Below, one piece after another: positions 50,317 to 64,000 of a DNA stretch of 64,000 bases. The notes under the pieces were generated by a model. The model had not been told where the DNA came from and did no database searches. It was given only the letters and a program-made list of their open reading frames with translations. The stretch is from Kudoa neothunni (taxonomy: Eukaryota; Animalia; Cnidaria): NCBI GenBank assembly GCA_964304625.1, contig OZ199838.1, positions 16,661,469 through 16,725,468 of the forward strand, written 5' to 3'. Every line of letters starts with the position of its first letter. The first letter of the stretch is position 1. The position numbers were made by a program, and so were the translations under genes.

Positions 50317-53300
50317 TGTTCCTTATTTAGAATTAAAACATTCGCCATTTTTGATAATTGTAAATATTATACCTTTGAAATAGAATATATGTATTTGTTT
50401 TGTGTTTATATCAAAAAGTTCTTCTTTTACTGAATTACTCATAATTACTAGCGCAGCGCAAACTGTCCAGCTTTGCTTGGCAGGGGAACCAAATATTTTG
50501 CGCCGGAAAATTTCTTAAAAATATATTAACCATACAAAGAATTTAACTAATTTTTTGAGTACTTCATAATTTTGAAGATCGCGGTTAGCGAAGCAAACCT
50601 CTTGATCATTCTGGGGTAGGGGTACGTTTATCCCTAATTAGTTATTGCTATGCCCTGAAATCAACGCTAAGTAATTGAAGATCAATGTCGGATGTTCTTA
50701 AATTCACCCGAACTGTTATTTAAGAAATTAATTTTCTGACCCCTGCTCAAAATATTCGTGCATCATTAATTTAGTTAGATCACAAAAATGGACAAAATTA
50801 TATAACCAGATGATAAGTTACGAAAATTAATTGTTATAACTCAATTTAATATCTCCTTATAGAGCAACTACTTTAATACACTTACTCGCAGAAACAGTTG
50901 CGAATCCCGTCAATATTAATTTAAATAATTAGATAAATACAATTATAATGTTTATATTGAATTTTATTGATGAAACTTCAATTCGTATAATTAAATCTGA
51001 GAACATTATCAAATGTTGAAGGCGTAACTTATTACAATTATAGAATACGCCAAATTCATCTTTATTTAAGTAAATTCTTATTTGTTTTATATTTTAAGCT
51101 ATATATAAAACCATCAAGATGTATTTGTAAAGTCAAGTATATGAAAAGTTACGGTATAAGGAGTTTGTTTGCGTACACCGTGCAAAAAAAACATCTAATG
51201 TATATATACTGATGGATGATAAACTTAAATGAATGTTTGATTCGAGCATGTAAAGGATAAAGTAAATTTCAACTTTTTATTCCTCTGACCTAGATGGGCG
51301 TTAATCCTTTTATTGGAATATTTTAATCTGCTTATCAAACTTCAAACCAATAAAATCGGTATCATCTTAATACTTTTGAGCTGTTTAATGTGTACGAGAG
51401 ATTAAAAGAGTTTTCTCAATAATATAAATTATATTAAATTGTGACAATGTATCTATATAAGGGGAAATGTCGCACTTGCTCAAACACACGGGCACGTCTC
51501 CTTTATATATAGCGGATAGAAGATATAAATATTCGACTAGTGAAAATAATACTATAAAATTTAATTTTTAGATTGTCAATACATTCTTTTGTAATAAAAG
51601 TTCAAAATTAATTTAATCAAAATTTTTATCTCCTTTTCCACAAATTTTTGGTCAGAAATTAAATAAATCATACATATAACCTCATCTAATATATACTACA
51701 AGTAATAAATGTTGAATAACTTTGGTAATTTTTTAGTCCAAAATTATTGTTATAACATCATTTATTGTGAATGAAAATTATATATTTTTTTGCTATGCAT
51801 CAGTATTATCTACACAATTATAGTTAGTTTTACGCAGCGTCTTCTGGGTTGAGGGAAAGATGCGTAAAACTAATAAAATATTTTTACATATTCTGCGCGC
51901 GTATAAATATTTATTTTTTATACGTCGCCCTTTGGTTATAATGTATGTAATAACCAATCATTTAAAAAAATCTTAATAAATGAATATATTCTTAACATTG
52001 TAAATATTGTAACACTCTCCAATAATGTTTTCAATTGTTATTACATAACTTTTCCTTATTTACTTCATATATTAAAAGCTTTAGTTTTATATTAGTTTTC
52101 GCTGATAGAATAAAGCGAACTCATTATTTTAACAGATATAATCAGAATAATATTATGAGCATAATTGCTTTAGCTCTTCAATTAGAAATGATAATTGGAT
52201 CAACGTAGGAAAACTAACCATGTAAATTTATCTTTATATTTTAATTTAATTTAATCAAAAAACCAAACATTTTTTAATTGTGAAAATATAACTCTTTCGT
52301 ATTTTTTCATTTTCTTAATTTTTAAGTAATATTTCATTCTTTAAACCATTCTCATTCAAATCAAATATAGATAATTTAGGTCGAAAAGCCAATATTTCAC
52401 CTAATTAAACTCCTAAAACCGATTTAAAAAGTTCACACATAAAATTCTGATATAATTTTACATTATTTTTTAACATTTCATTAAGTATGAGAATGTATGA
52501 CATGTCAAATTGCTGTATAGGGGTAGCATTCGCCCCTCACTGAGGACAGCCGTTATTTTATCATATTATTTTATATCCATCTAAAATTTCTTGGATTTTT
52601 ATTTATCTTTGCTAGTTACTGAAGCTACACAACAATCGACAAAAAATATTCATCCAAAGGAACTGATTAAAATATCTTACTCATTTTTTAGCTATTTTCT
52701 ATTTTATTCTAATTCTGAACGTCTCAAAATTAAAAAAGCATTCTAAGATAAAGATATACTGCTGCTGATTTGATTATATATATATATATATAAAATATGC
52801 AGTGTTTTTAAACATTGGATAATAGTGGTTATGACAACACTGATACTTACTCTAACGAAAGGCTTGTTTTCCATCGATTTACACTTTGTTAGTCACAATT
52901 TGGACACCCAACTTGTATATAAACAAAAAATACGGAGATATTTAAAAAGCTAGAATAATTTCTACACACACGCTGATAAAACGAACAACTTCAAGTTAAC
53001 TCCCTTTTTTCAACAAAGTGACAAAATTTGCATTACCCATCTATCAAGTTCTAATTCTTATTAGATCATAAACGGGCTTAGATAAGCCCGAGAATACTCG
53101 CTTAAGCTCAAATTATAGATAATTAAAATGAATCCCTTGTTTACTAGCTAAAAAAATTTTAATTTATAGATATCGGAATTTTAAATGCATTCTTTCAATT
53201 TTTTGAATCAACTCACTCGCCAAATAATCCACATGGTTATTTAATAAAATATATTCAGTATATTAATCGTAAATGGGTTCGTGAAGATTACACTTACACA

Positions 53301-53415
53301 GGCAGCCCGAACTGCAGGTTGGTTTGCTGAGTTACTGTTCGACAGTTAGTAACAATTCACGTTATTATAATTCTAAATAAAAACACTTTAACTAAACTAG
53401 AACGTGGAAATCGCA

Positions 53416-54151
53416 ATGTCAAACCAAAATCCTTACAACCAAAAAAACTCATACCCCTCTAATGCACCATATGAGTACCAGCCATCCCCTGGACAACCCA
53501 ATCAAGGTTACGCTCATCCAAGTCCTCAACAACACTACCCACCCACAGGCTATAATCCTTATCCTGGAGCAATGCCTCCTAACTATCACCCAGCCCCGTC
53601 TCCACAACAACCTCCTAATTATCCCTTGCAACAAGGGAGCATGCCGGGATATCCTCAGTATCCTTGCCCGCCGGCCACCTACAATACAATGCCCCCGCCA
53701 TCTATGGCGAATCATCCAACGCAACCTGTTGGCTATAATACAATGCCAGTAGCTCCTCCCGCGTACAACCAAACTTTAACAAGCCACCCACAGAATCCTG
53801 GTAGCTATTCGAATCCATATTCATCAAATAATATGTATTATGTGCAAGGTGGTATTCCCTATCCTCAACAGTATTTTGGAGGGCCGGGTTCGAGTCCTCA
53901 AAAAAAATTCAAAATTCGTAATTTTTTAATTTTTTAAACATCAATAAATGTGTACAGAGATGACACCGGAGCAGGAAGCACTTAAAAAGACCGATAAGAA
54001 TGCTTACAAACTACTTAAAAAACAACTTAAAGAAGAACATGCTCGGCAGTTTGGTTACAATGAAGCATATTACAAAAAAGAGAAAAAGGACTTGAAAGAA
54101 AAGAAAGACAAGAAGGATAAAAAAGACAAAAAAGATAAGCATAAGAAGTAA
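53416..54151 (+). CDS. Pro/Tyr/Gln-rich protein with a Lys-rich C-terminus (PRR13-like architecture), 2 coding exons
   Basis: A PYPG/YP-rich exon joins, via a GTTCGA...ACAG intron (~53888-53957), to EMTPEQEALKK...KKDKKDKKDKHKK*. Confidence 0.7.
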
Positions 54152-55334
54152 AATATATGTTAGCTGGATGGTTTGTTCATTGAATGTACACTTTGTTTTT
54201 ATTTTAAGCCAACGCATGCTTTCATTAGATTTTTACGGGAAAAAATTTCCTACAGGATGGATGAATAGCGGACAAAGTTGCATTAAACTTGTTAATTATA
54301 TGGATGTTGAAAACAGGCATTAATGATTCTAATAAATCTTTACAAATTCAAAGCTTTTTAATTTAGTTTAGCAGCATTATAGTGATGGAAGTATTTATAA
54401 TTCGTGATGTTCAACTTAATTATTCCAAGTTAAAATCATAGAGTTACCCTATCTAAATATATTCTCAATTTTTCGTATATCTATTACTCTTGATTTAACT
54501 ATTAACATAAAACGCCAGTAAATGACTTTTTCTGTCTCAGAAATTAGCGGATTCAATTTTTTTGCAACAATACGATTTATTTACGCTGTGTTTTAATTTG
54601 AATGTTACACCTTTCTCTAGTACAAGAGATAATCTGGATTAATCTTGAGCTAAAGTCGACTCTAGTCTAAATTAATTCATTAGAAAACCATTTTTTAATA
54701 AAAAGTACGGAAAATTTTGAAATGTATTATTTTACATCAAATATTATTAGACAAAATCTAGTTTTTTAAATAAATGCATTTTTTTCATCCATATGAGAAA
54801 ATAAAAATACCACTTATATTAATATCACGCATGCGCGATGTGGATATTTTAAATATACTCTATTCACTTTTATCTCATCTCATTCAAGTCACTATAAACT
54901 TATTTCCAATATGTATATAACATCTAATCAACGTACGAATGATATCAAAAATATGCTATGATTTTTTTTATTTTAAAACATAATGAGGAGATTATGCATA
55001 TTTATAAAATTTTCCAAACTAAAATTCATTCAAAAAAATAAAGGTAACTATAAATCAACTCGCGCAATTATCACCAAAAATTATCTACAACCAAGACCAA
55101 TTAGAAAATTAACAAAATATTGCACTACAAGAAATATTTTACGCACAAACATACTAAGATTAATTTAGTTAGAGGATATTTTGAATTAAAATTTCTTAGA
55201 AAAATAGCAGCTAAAAAATCACGCGTGAAAATAAAGAACAACAATCCGATTTGATTTAATGAACAGACTACCGAAATAAGGTACAATTAATAATGTACTG
55301 ATTAAACGAATTGATATTCTTTTAAAAAATACAA

Positions 55335-58300
55335 TCAATCTTCCATGCCGAAAATGTTTTGCTCCTGATTGGTGACTGGTAACGAGTTTTTATGGAATGA
55401 ACCACCAACGATCGCCCGTTGTTGGTTCTTTTTATTGAGTTCGCTTTGAAGTTCAGATATATACTCCTCAATAAATAAATCTTTGCTGCCTTGAGCCTGC
55501 ATTATCTATTATTGCGACAAGTGTTAGATTTAATAACAGATAGTATACACAAGACAAGACGAGATATATATAAGCATGTAAAAGTATGAGTAAGAGTAGT
55601 ACCTTGGTTTGAAGAATAAAATCGGTCAGATGAACTACAAATTTGTCCTTGTTTTCCGTTAGAGCAAACAAGCCCTCAATAAAAACTTTGACTTGTTCTC
55701 TAGAGGTAAATAATAGAAAGAGTATGTATAAAAACTAAATTATACCCGAGAAGATTGCTGAAGGCGTTGCCAATAAGCTGTACTAAATAGTTTTTGACAA
55801 CAATCTAGTCATAAGAAAAAATTTAAAAAACTAGAATAAAAAAGAAAAAAACCTACCGTGTTATTGGCTACATTGTTATCGATATCAGGGAAGAGAGGAA
55901 ATTGTAGAATGTTGCTTTCCAAAATAACAATCATACTGGCGATAATTCTAGCGTGATATTCGATTACTGAAGCCTGAGTCGAGTCAGTGATAATAGAAAG
56001 AATGTGCGTCATCATGCTTATGTAGTAGGTTTGGAAAAAATTTTGACTGATAGGCAAAAAGCAATATTCAGATAACGAGAAGTTATGGAACAATTTGAAT
56101 AGAACTTTTAGACCGGTTTCAGCCACATCAGGCATGGAGTGTTTGAAAGCCCATATGACACACTTAACCACAAGATCCATATCACCTTGTGGGAGTTCGA
56201 TCAGCGCGGTAAAGCAGCACGACGAAATCGATTCAAGCAATTTGAAAAAATGCCTACGATGTTCTGGATACTCCATGAAATCTTTGTCGATCAACATCAC
56301 CGTGCTGTTAAAGGTGTACTTGAGAATAGCGGGAATAAACGGTTTGGCTTGTTCTTTCAGTTGGTTGACCAGAGTGTCCACCAGAATGAGCAATTCGGGA
56401 TCCTTGGCACCAGCAGCTGAAGTTTCATAATCCGGAAGAACAGTATTCACAATAAACGGCACATAGCGACCAACAATAATGCTAATATCGGAGGAATTTT
56501 TTACACAATGTTCAAGCAGTTTCAGAGTTTCGCGTTTCACCGATCGAAGTCGCTTAACTACTACCAATTTGGTAGCTTGGTCGCCCTGCTGGAGCACAAT
56601 CTGTGAAATACGTTCGCTGAGAATCTGATAGATATGACTGAGATCAGGCTCTAGATAGCTCATTTGAGCTTCGTATACATCATCTAATGAGCTGCTGACA
56701 GCACAGTTCAATTTGAGAAAACTGGACAAACATTCCAATGTCTCTGGTTCGAAAATCGCATCATTGTTCTGTACGCACTTTTGAAGGACTTTACGCCATT
56801 CGCTATTTGAATCGTCAAGCAAAAGATTCAACAATCGCTGTTTCTCTTTCAAATTTTGGCATGCACACAGCATAAATCCAATAGACTTGTAGACTGAATG
56901 CACCTGATGGGGTTGCAGGTCACAGATAATTGTGCTAAGTTGAACACAAATCTTCTCCACAAACAACCCATTTTCTTCCTCCTGTAATGTGACAAACTGA
57001 TGTGCGCATTTCTGTGAGATTTTCATAAAAGTGTCACAGGCCATGTCTTGAACTCCTTCGTGGAGTTCGTGCATAAATTCAAACAGCTTGTTTACCACAG
57101 TGGATAAAAATTTCCAATACGAATTCAAAAATCGTGGATACTTCCTCACCACATACATAATATTGGAGGCAACAAGTGCTTTGTTGTTTTTACCGGACAT
57201 TTTCTCGCACAACGCCAACAACTCGCGTATTACAGTGACAATAAAACGACGCTCCTCTTCAACCATAAATGCACCACTGATCGAACCAACCGACCAACAC
57301 AGTGTATTCACTTTCTTCCAGCTGAACTGACAACTATTCATACTCTCCATAAGGATGTTCTCCATGATTTCACGGGTACCGGCGGCGTCAATCTGAGTCA
57401 AATTTAACAATGTGAACCGACATTGGTTGTAATGATCGATTGCAGCGGTATCTTTCATAAACTCACGAATAACTTCACCTGTGTCGGTTTCAACAATAAT
57501 AACTTCTTCGGGTCGCGCCATATTCGAAATTACACAATGGATCAACTAAATGTAAAATAGCGATGAGAACGTTACTATTTGATGAATGACGAAATTAGAT
57601 ATGCGGTCTCTTTTTTACAAACATGAGTTTAATTCATTTTTTAGATCAAATAAATTTTTCATAAATACTACAGCGGGAAAATTAAAAATTCAATATTAAT
57701 TTCCGATGATGAATAAAATTGGAATAAGTAATAAGTGAAGGTGCATGTTAATTTAATTGTTAGAACTTTTATGTTAAATACGGTTGTCATATCGATTTTG
57801 TAAATTGACATAACTGAAACGATTGCAAATAACCTTGAAAGTTGTTTTAAACTTTTTTTAATTCATTAGGATTAGATTAATCCAAAAAAGCATTAATTAA
57901 GAAATATTTTAAATTATTTATAGATAAAAAATAAGTGTTGCCTTAAATAATTCCGATGCACGTGCGAGAAAGGAGAATTTTTTACAAATGGAAACGTATT
58001 ACTGTACATTAAACTCTAAACTGTGGGAAAAAATCCAAAATATTACAATGAAGCCCAATTAAACGAGTCAATTACAGTGAAACAAGATTATAGTAAGGTC
58101 TCGATATTGGAAAGTTCTCTTTGGTTTCAAAAATTAGGCAATACTGAGTTTTTACGTGTGCGTGGATGCAAACAAAAAATTTAAATTTATTACATTAATA
58201 ATTACTCATTTTTTAAATTATATTACCATCTTAGTGCATTAAAACATGTAAATTAGGGAATTCTTTGTTAAGTTGTTCCTATAAACATACTTAGAGGCGA

Positions 58301-60956
58301 ATCAATGTATATTTTATTTCTTACCTTAAAACATTTCAATAATCTCTTCGAATGTAATGTCATATCTTGATAAAAATTTAAAAACTGGCTAATTTATTAG
58401 AAGAAAGTTCGATAATGTATTCAATTTCATTTCCTTCCGCTGTGCTATACTATGCTATAGTTAATTGTTAAATTTTTCTGCATAATGAAACGACAAACAC
58501 AACGAGATCATTAAAAATATCTTTAATCATGAAATCGCCGGTATTTTAAACGGAATATCTTAAACGCAAATTTGAATATTTATGTTAAAAATTTGGAGAT
58601 CTATAAAAAAGGTCATATTTAGGATAGAACAATTTTTATGTCAAATTCGATAAATCTTAGCAGCCCACCTAGTGTTTAAAATATCTAAACAAAGTAACAA
58701 TGAGAGGATATTTTGTTGTACAAGTATTCTAGGCCATCCTAATCCTAAAATTCACATAATTCCAAAACAAATGAGTCGTCGAGCTAGGATTAGGACCGTT
58801 ATAGTAGAAGAGAATAAAATCTATATCAACACGTTAAATCTGCCTTTGGATGTGAAGGAAATTGAGCTACGAGGAACAAAAATCTCTCTATTTCGCTGGA
58901 AATAATTGGATTAAATTAAGAAACCGTTCACCAATTAACACTCAGAAGATATTTTATAGAAAAATCATTGGTTTCCTTAAAGCTAGTTTGTTTTCAATGT
59001 AGTCATGGTACGTACAAAAATTTCCCTTTTCCTAGAACTATATGGAGCCAATCCCCAACATGTCCACATCTACATCATTTTGAGTTTTATTCTTAAAAAT
59101 AATTCTCGAACCCAATTCCCATGTAACAGAACCATTTTATCTGGTTTTAATACATTTGTAGAATTATTTTTTTAAGTATCTATAAATGTATAAATGGATA
59201 CCACAAATTTCTCACTAACTCGTTTGAATTTGAATTTAATTTATTGTTTTCACATTAAAAAGGGCTTTAAAATAAAAAAAAATTATTACCATTTTCTGAC
59301 GATTAAACTCATTTATTCGAATTTTAATAACTTGGTATTTTACCAATTTGATGAATTAGATAATAATCGGTAGACCGAAATTATTTCCATCTAATCTCTC
59401 GTTGTAACCAACCATTATTCTGTCGTTTTAAATCCTTCAAGTCTTTATGATTTAAAAGATTTTTTAGTTAGAGATGTAATTTAATCGTTAATTTTACTGT
59501 TTTGGTAAAAATTAGATACATGATCGAATAAGCAGTTTTAAATTATTGGAACTATAATATGTACCCTTATTCGACATGTTAAAATGTATCGCCTTCATAG
59601 TTTTTTTTAAAATAATTGAGTTGATTTCTAAAACTGAACAATTTCAAATTTCTCATCCAATAAATGGTTGGAGTTAATTATCGCATCTTTGAAATAAGTT
59701 AAATTAGAGATTCTGAGATTAGATTAAACCATAAAAAGTGGTTATTAGTTGCAAAATAGTACGTACGACCACAAAATTCCAATTTTTTAACTATCAGATA
59801 TAAATTTCCTTAAAATATGGTATAGATTCCTCTGAATAATTAATAACAACTGACACCCATGAGTGAACATATTGAATAATAAATAAATGGTAAGTAATCA
59901 TCATCGTACTTACACGAGTATTCAGAACTTACTGTATTTTCATTAAAAAGATCAACTCTCATGACTAATATAATAAAATTCAAAAAATTCTGTTTCTAAT
60001 CATATTCAACAAAAACGTATGATGTGTTTTTGAGACGCGCAAACATTAAAATTATTGTTTGAACAGGTAATAGGAATCTCATTTAAATTCGAATAATCCG
60101 CTGCATTTTTCACTGAGGACAAATTATGCGAAACCAAAAGTAAATGATCACACTGTTTTTATAACAATAAAAACAAACTAGTCAGAATATATAAAATCTA
60201 CTGTAAATGCTAACAATTTTTTGCCGAAAAGACATCACAATAATAATTAAAAACATTTCCTCTAATAATTAATCCATTATGGAAAAACATTTCTAAGGTT
60301 TCGTTCGTTGTTTAATTGATTAACAGGTTACTATAATAATGTTTTTATATAATTTTACAAAACCTGAAATTTAAAAATTAAATTCTTGAAAATTCAAATT
60401 GACTAAAAATATGAATAAAAAATGATGAATTTTTGTTATGCGGATAATATTCACTAAATAAATCAGAATTAAGTAAAGAGCCGCATATCAAATTTGGGTC
60501 TGGTTAGATTAAACACTAGTAATGTTTAATTCTTCTAGTGATCCAAAGTTAGGTAAAAAATGGCTCGGTGTGTACCTACCCGTTTTATGTATGAAGAAAA
60601 TTGAAGCAACTTGTTGTTGGGAGGAGGAAGAGATTTCATGGAGGCGTTCAGATAAGAAGACCATTCCAACCAAAATTCCATACAACTCTTGTATATTTCA
60701 ACATCGTCCAAATAGGACAATGCTAACAGCACTTCAAATCCCTACCAACACATGAAACATTATAGATATCAATTAAAATTATATCTACAGCATCAAATGC
60801 GGGATGAATATCGGTTTGATTTTCGTAGTAGGCCAGTGTATTGTAGTGTAGCCGCAAGTAGTTAGAAAAGCAAACAGCAAGTTTGTTAATGAATTTCAAC
60901 TGTAATGAGCCGCCCATTTTATATAATTCTTCGTATGAATTGGAGGAAGGAAACAA
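55335..60956 (-). CDS. XPO1: Exportin-1/CRM1, 3' portion; 5' exons not found and probably beyond the window
   Basis: MARPEEVIIVE, NTLCWSVGSISGA, LLALCEK..GKNNKA.VASNIMYVV..YPRFL..YWKFL, HEGVQDMACDTF and YPEHR. A ~3 kb intron spans 57546-60578. Confidence 0.97.
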
Positions 60957-61318
60957 CTAGACAATTTAATGATTCACGTTGGTTACACACATGACAAAAG
61001 GAAAGGCCACTTATAAAAAAAATACGATAATAAAAAAGCACACACACGCAAAAAGTCTGTTTTTTCAAAATTTAGAGATCAAAAATAGTTCCCGCGCATA
61101 CTAAATACCAAATCGCGTACGTCTTAACGTAATTATATTCAGTCCACAAATATCCCAATTTATATTTCAAACTATATCCATGCTGTTTATATAAAATCTC
61201 AAGAGTGAATGTAGCAATCGCGCAAGAACAATTAACTATAGTTATATATATCACCAAGGGATAAAAATGATTCCAACTAATCAAATAAATTCATTATGAT
61301 TAGCTTCTCAAGAACCCC

Positions 61319-61357
61319 AATTACTGAATTACTGAATTACCGAATTACCGAATTACT
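61319..61357. repeat. 8-bp tandem repeat (AATTACYG) x ~5
   Basis: aattactgaattactgaattaccgaattaccgaattac. Confidence 0.8.
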
Positions 61358-61677
61358 TAATGTTTTTGTTTTATGTTAAAACAATGAGTTACTACTAAAC
61401 ACATGTGTTATAAACAAATGAGACCATTTGACTAAAAAAAGGTTAGTCTACGTCAGCTTGTTGAATTTAAATCTTGTAAACAGAAATTCATTTTTCAACT
61501 ATAGCAACGTACAGTAACGTACAGTAAGGTACGATAACGTAAAAAGGGCAAAAACTTAAAAAACTAAATTCCCGATCCATTCAAATTCCTAAATCCTTTA
61601 TTTATTAAAATATCAATCAAGAAATTTACCTGAGAGTTCAAAAAACAACTGAATATAAGAATGATAAATTTTCAATG

Positions 61678-62220
61678 TACAGTCGACACTCTATTATCCG
61701 GAAAATTTTGGACCAGCGAGATTCCGGTTAATCGAACATAAACAATGCCATATGCGGGCATATTCTAAAATCTTCACTTAGAGGATTGTTTACTTGATTT
61801 TTAAACAATTTCTGCTATTTATTGCGTCAAATAATTAAACTTCTGCTACTTAAATTAAAAATATTGGCATATCTATAAAATAAGAATATGGAGATCCAAA
61901 AAGAACAAAACAGTAATTAATTATGGGAGACAAACACGTCTACAAAAGAGTAATCTACTTTTTTAAATAATTTATATAAGAACTGCATGCTTAACATAAA
62001 AATTTTTGTTTTAAATATTGCATTGGTATATATGCTACAATGTATATGTTGTACGGTGAAGGGGTGGTACTTTTACTGGGAACTATGATTAAATAGATGT
62101 TCGATTAATCGAGATTTCGGATAATCGAACATGAATTATCTACACGTAATTTCAGCAAAATCCAAATAGAATTTAAAATATCTTAAAGATAGCGCGATTT
62201 TCGGATAAACGAGGTCGATA
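61678..62220. mobile_element. pogo/Tigger-like MITE
   Basis: TA-CAGTCGACACTCTATTATCCG left end, with repeated cggataatcga/cgattaatcga motifs toward the right end. The right TIR is degenerate. Confidence 0.5.
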
Positions 62221-62469
62221 GGTCAATAGAAATTGTGTATGAATTTTTTATTCTTTACTGAGATAATTGAAGAGAGTGTCACAAGAAACAACCTCAAAGT
62301 AATAATCTCCACTAATTTTAATAAGTGTTAGGATACTTTTTCGTAAAGTCAATATCACAGAATCAAAATTATCCAAACGTAAAGTCGAAAAAAAATCCAC
62401 CAAAATTAACAAGTCATGGAAAAAAGTAGTAAAAATGTTTTAATTAACCTTACAAGGTCACTAAAACCC

Positions 62470-63674
62470 CATCTTCGGAGGTTTTTTGGGGTCAATTAAA
62501 CCCAGATTATTATTCGTTAAACTAGTTACAGAAATTGTTACCGATTCAATTTTATGGCACTTTTGATTTCTACCGATTAGTTTTCAGTAAAACAACGTGA
62601 AATATAACAATTAATCCTGTTAAATCATTTACGAAATTATTCGTTAGCTATTAGGAAATGGTCGTAAAACGTAAACCACTGTTTAATAGCTAATTAACTG
62701 TTTAAAATAATAATTCGGGTTCTTTTTTATGAAAAATATTTTAATTTTCTGTAAACAACAATTTAATACATATTTTCATTTAGACCGTAATATTTTTTCA
62801 GTTTGTTTTTTTTAAACAAAAAAGCACGAAACCCCGCCTTTATCCGATTATACAAATATATTGATTCGAAGAATCCCTTTAAAATCACTTCAAAAACACA
62901 CCTATAATGTGAGGTTAATCCATAGGAAGGACGAAGCCAAAATATTCTTAAAGGAAATCGCACAACCTCTCTCTCACAAATCAAAATCTGCAGAAACGGG
63001 AACGTTAAAGAAAAATCACCATATTTAGGTATTTAGGGATCCAGACTAATAATTTTCGAATAGCCGAAAAATACGTCGATACGAACATATGAATATATGA
63101 ATATTGTCCTCGAGGAATCGATAAAAAAACTCAACCCACATGCTAATATTGCAAAAAATACTATTGCTCAGTTCATTCATCGAATAAATATAAGAAATGT
63201 TCAAGTAATTCGATAATTCGGTTCAAATTTTTAAAATTATATATTTTTTCACATGAAATATATAGTATTCAATTATTTATTAGCAAAAACAAAGTAGGTA
63301 AAATGTTATTTGCCATACGATAATTTGCGAGAAGCACCCGAGATTATTAATAAGGTATTAACACAGATTAGATGATATATTAATCACTATTTTATCAAAG
63401 AATTAGGGGATAAAATTAAGAAAACATCACTTCTTTGCCATTTGAATAATTTTCATAGTATAACAGTAAAATAAAAACTTGGGGTCAATTTGACTCCAAG
63501 AGTCCTTCGAAGATAAAATTTTGTTTCATACTATTCTTGTGTTTATTTTTCCCCAAATTTTGTTATTACATACTGTACAAAAATTTAGAGAAATTATAAA
63601 TAGTACACCAAGAGTAATATTGATATTAATTATACTTTGAGGTAAATTTGACCCAAAAGTCTTCGGAGGATTAA
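62470..63674. mobile_element. Non-autonomous piggyBac-like element
   Basis: Left cttcggaggttttttggggtcaatt pairs with right aatttgacccaaaagtcttcggaggaTTAA. An internal copy lies at ~63480-63512. Confidence 0.55.
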
Positions 63675-64000
63675 TTTACAAAACTCGTTTATCGTTAATA
63701 TGAAAAATAGACCGAAATATATATCAACAAAAAATAACCAAGTTTTACAAGTTCAGATAAATTTTGGCCTATTTTCTATTTTAAGAGTTGTTGAATATCA
63801 TCGGCTTTTGAATTTTAATTGTTCAGGGAGTCAATGTTTTGAGCATTAATTGATTAAAACAATATTAATCAATTAAAAATTATTCTCAAAAAATAACTAT
63901 AGTGGATAACCGTTGGTGCGTAATCCCCTCGGGAACGATATAAAAATTGCGTACTAAACATTGCAACCAATGTGCAAAGTTAAAAACGTACACACAGTTA

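Noticed and set aside
52843-52900. U1 snRNA-like start ATACTTAC
   Set aside because: None of the downstream U1 stem-loops or the Sm site follows.
53886-53898. tRNA B-box-like GGTTCGAGTCC
   Set aside because: It overlaps an exon/intron junction, with no cloverleaf or A-box.
58318-58332. Recursive-splice-like TAAG|GTAAGA in the 3 kb XPO1 intron
   Set aside because: It is a single AT-rich motif that could easily arise by chance, with no independent support.
1-64000. Prokaryotic systems (CRISPR arrays, operons, defence islands)
   Set aside because: The DNA is eukaryotic with spliceosomal introns, and I saw no repeat-spacer array.
1-64000. Alternative genetic code or stop-codon readthrough
   Set aside because: In-frame stops in host genes are explained by introns or indels. 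The conserved genes translate cleanly in the standard code.

Overview
This is AT-rich eukaryotic nuclear DNA read in the standard code. The genes (SLC25A51, CLASRP, LUC7L3, NPRL2, TAF6) look metazoan but highly diverged and are split by many tiny GT-AG introns of about 37-65 nt. A reduced parasitic animal such as a myxozoan, orthonectid or dicyemid is my inference, not proven. I reconstructed 15 spliced genes by hand: SNRNP40, SLC25A51, RAD21, DHDDS, a GDA1/CD39-fold protein, LUC7L3, two tandem saposin-like genes, HDHD5, PRMT5, TAF6, NPRL2, CLASRP, a Pro/Lys-rich orphan and the 3' part of XPO1. Three housekeeping pairs sit head-to-head across 96-230 bp, often with a CGCGCATGCG (NRF-1-like) motif. 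Other spacers and a few long introns hold decayed piggyBac, hAT and pogo elements, MITEs and a probable tRNA-derived SINE. Best leads: (1) a tandem pair of secreted, cationic saposin-fold proteins that the ORF track misses; (2) a secreted NTPDase-fold protein whose catalytic motifs are all replaced; (3) 5' splice sites reduced to little more than GT, plus a candidate 6-nt microexon in NPRL2; (4) about 10 small indels confined to 23.3-28.1 kb, probably assembly error. Homolog motifs are quoted from memory and no searches were run.
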